Shown: piece after piece, positions 62,052-64,000 of the stretch | Position numbering within the stretch: the first letter of the stretch is position 1 | Layout of the letters: each line of letters begins with the position of its first letter | Assembly (NCBI GenBank): GCA_003344405.1 | Contig: NOWV01000242.1 | Coordinates: 1 to 64,000, forward strand | DNA: 64,000 bases | DNA from: Trichoplax sp. H2 | Taxonomy: Eukaryota | Direction: 5' to 3' | Translations under genes and position numbers: made by a program | Notes under the pieces: generated by a model | Seen by the model: only the letters and a program-made list of their open reading frames with translations | What the model was told of the DNA's origin: nothing | Databases searched by the model: none

Positions 62052-63983
62052 ATGGCAGATAAACCATCAAAATCAACTATCCCTCAGCAAATACAATCTC
62101 CATTTGAGATAGGCAAGAAAGATTACGAGACTGGCAATTATAACGAGGCACTCTCTCATTTGACCCAAGCACTTGATCAAATTCCATCAATATCAAACCC
62201 TTCCGCTGATCTTGACCATCTTCAATGCGATATTTATCTTTATATTTCTGATATCTATATCAGACAAGGTGATCTTGTAAAAGCAGATGAGTTTAGCCAG
62301 AAAGCACTAAAACTGGCTAATCAACTACAAGATCAAATAAAATTTGCTCGATATTTAGATAAACAAGGCGGTATTAAAAAACTACAAGGTAATATCAGCG
62401 AGGCCTTAGAGGATTACAAGAAATCACTTGAAATTAAGCAAAAATACATGAAAGACGAAGAATTAGACGTCGCTCATTCGTATACTAACATTGGGAATAT
62501 CTATTTTAGCCAGGATAAATTTGATGATGCACTGTCTATGTTTCAAAAATCGCATAAAATCTTAGTAAAGCTGTTTGATCATAATCATGAGCATGTTGCT
62601 ACAGCATATAACAACATGGGAAGTGTGTATGGCTTACAAGGCAAGTATAAATATGCTCGTTCTATGTTTGAAAAATCTCTTCAAATCAATTTGCAAATAC
62701 TGGATGAAAATGATCCTGAACTTATAGCAACTTATATGAATATTGGTAATGTTGATCGGAGCCAAGGCAAATATAATGATGCTGTTTCTATGTATAACAA
62801 AGCTTTGAAAATAGCACTACAAAGGTTTGGTAATGATCATGTTCAAGTTGCTCAGTTATATAACAATTTAGGGATTGTTCACGATCAGCAAGGAAAATAC
62901 GATGAGGCTCTTTCTACACACCAAATGGCGCTTAAAATTAGACTGAAATTATTTGACGAAAATCATCCTGATGTTGCCCAATCTTACCAAAATATAGGAA
63001 ATATATACAGTGATCAAGGCAAATATAAGGAAGCTCATTCTATGTATGAAAAGTCGCTGAAAATTGGCTTGCAAATATACGGTGAAAATCATACTGTTGT
63101 TGCTAATGCTTATAATAACATTGGAATGTTGCAAGCTCAACAAGGCAAATTTCAGGGTGCTGTATCAATGTATTATAAATCACTTCAAATTCGAATGCAA
63201 CTATTTGGCGAAAATCATTCTATCGTTGCTCAATCCTATGAAAATCTGGCAACTACTTATACTGAGCTGAATGAGATTGATCTTGCTCTTCGTTTGCATG
63301 AAAAATCACTCCAAATTTATTTGCATGCACTCGGTAATAACCATCCTAATGTTGCTAGTTCATGCCTCAACATTGGCAATGCCTATAACCATCTTGAGCA
63401 ATATGATGAGGCTCTTTCTATGTATAGAAAAGCAGTAGAAGTTTACATACAAGTACATGGCGATCATCATCCTGATGTTGCTACTGTTTGGAATTGCATT
63501 GCTAGCGTTTACAATCTGCAAGGCAATTATGATGACGCTCTTTCGACGTATAAGAAATCGCTTGAAATTACTCTGCAAACGCATGGCGAAAATCATCCTA
63601 GCACATCCTTGTTATATTACAACATTGGGACAGCCTATGATAGTCAAGACAAATTTGACGAGGCTCTTGATATGTATGAAAAGTCGTTAAAAATTGATTT
63701 GGAGGTACTGGATGATAGTCATTCTCGAGTTGCATCGGCATACAAAAGTATTGCGGGCATATACGATACTCAGTCGAAATTTACTGAAGCTATATCAACG
63801 TACGACAAAGCTATTAGTGTCTTGATTAATGTTTACGGAGAGAATGATCCAGAAATTGCAGAGTTATATGAAAATATCGCAGTAATTTATAAACAACAGA
63901 ATCTCCTTGAAGACGCAGCTGCTATGCAACAAAAGGCGGATAATATTTATAGCAATCTACCTGGGGAAAACTCTACTGATTAA
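62052..63983 (+). CDS. Tetratricopeptide-repeat protein (42-aa kinesin-light-chain/NPHP3-type TPRs); intronless CDS
   Basis: 643-aa ORF of about 13 repeats of consensus HPDVAxSYNNIGxVYxxQGKYDEALSMYEKSLKIxLxxxGEN. No other domain visible. Confidence 0.92.
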   Translation: MADKPSKSTIPQQIQSPFEIGKKDYETGNYNEALSHLTQALDQIPSISNPSADLDHLQCDIYLYISDIYIRQGDLVKADEFSQKALKLANQLQDQIKFARYLDKQGGIKKLQGNISEALEDYKKSLEIKQKYMKDEELDVAHSYTNIGNIYFSQDKFDDALSMFQKSHKILVKLFDHNHEHVATAYNNMGSVYGLQGKYKYARSMFEKSLQINLQILDENDPELIATYMNIGNVDRSQGKYNDAVSMYNKALKIALQRFGNDHVQVAQLYNNLGIVHDQQGKYDEALSTHQMALKIRLKLFDENHPDVAQSYQNIGNIYSDQGKYKEAHSMYEKSLKIGLQIYGENHTVVANAYNNIGMLQAQQGKFQGAVSMYYKSLQIRMQLFGENHSIVAQSYENLATTYTELNEIDLALRLHEKSLQIYLHALGNNHPNVASSCLNIGNAYNHLEQYDEALSMYRKAVEVYIQVHGDHHPDVATVWNCIASVYNLQGNYDDALSTYKKSLEITLQTHGENHPSTSLLYYNIGTAYDSQDKFDEALDMYEKSLKIDLEVLDDSHSRVASAYKSIAGIYDTQSKFTEAISTYDKAISVLINVYGENDPEIAELYENIAVIYKQQNLLEDAAAMQQKADNIYSNLPGENSTD

Positions 63984-64000
63984 GGAGTTACATACGTATT

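Noticed and set aside
62949..63690. Alternative-frame and antisense ORFs within the TPR gene (similarly within PELP1, the hAT gene and SLC35B3)
   Set aside because: Shadow ORFs of real coding sequence with no independent support.

Overview
AT-rich, intron-rich eukaryotic DNA from a compact animal genome. Short GT-AG introns, the gene set and an intronless 42-aa TPR gene suggest a placozoan such as Trichoplax; this is inference only. I can support 13 protein-coding genes: FUT8-like fucosyltransferase (+), membrane-anchored EryG/McyJ-like SAM methyltransferase (-), BPHL-like hydrolase (+), SLC35B3 PAPS transporter (-), BED-finger hAT transposase-derived gene with an intron (+), NATD1 (-), TUBGCP3 (+), N-acylated ankyrin protein (-), FAM241-like (-), ATP11-like P4-ATPase (+), CCDC160-like (-), PELP1 (+) and a TPR protein (+). 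Five head-to-head pairs occur, and several of their spacers share non-coding motifs and TACAGTA/TACTGTA simple repeats. Non-coding elements include a CAGGG-ended palindromic MITE, a probable intronic solo LTR and several tandem repeats, one of which multiplies an RFX X-box-like motif upstream of the ankyrin gene. Exon structures were read by eye, so boundaries are provisional. No rRNA, tRNA or CRISPR was seen.
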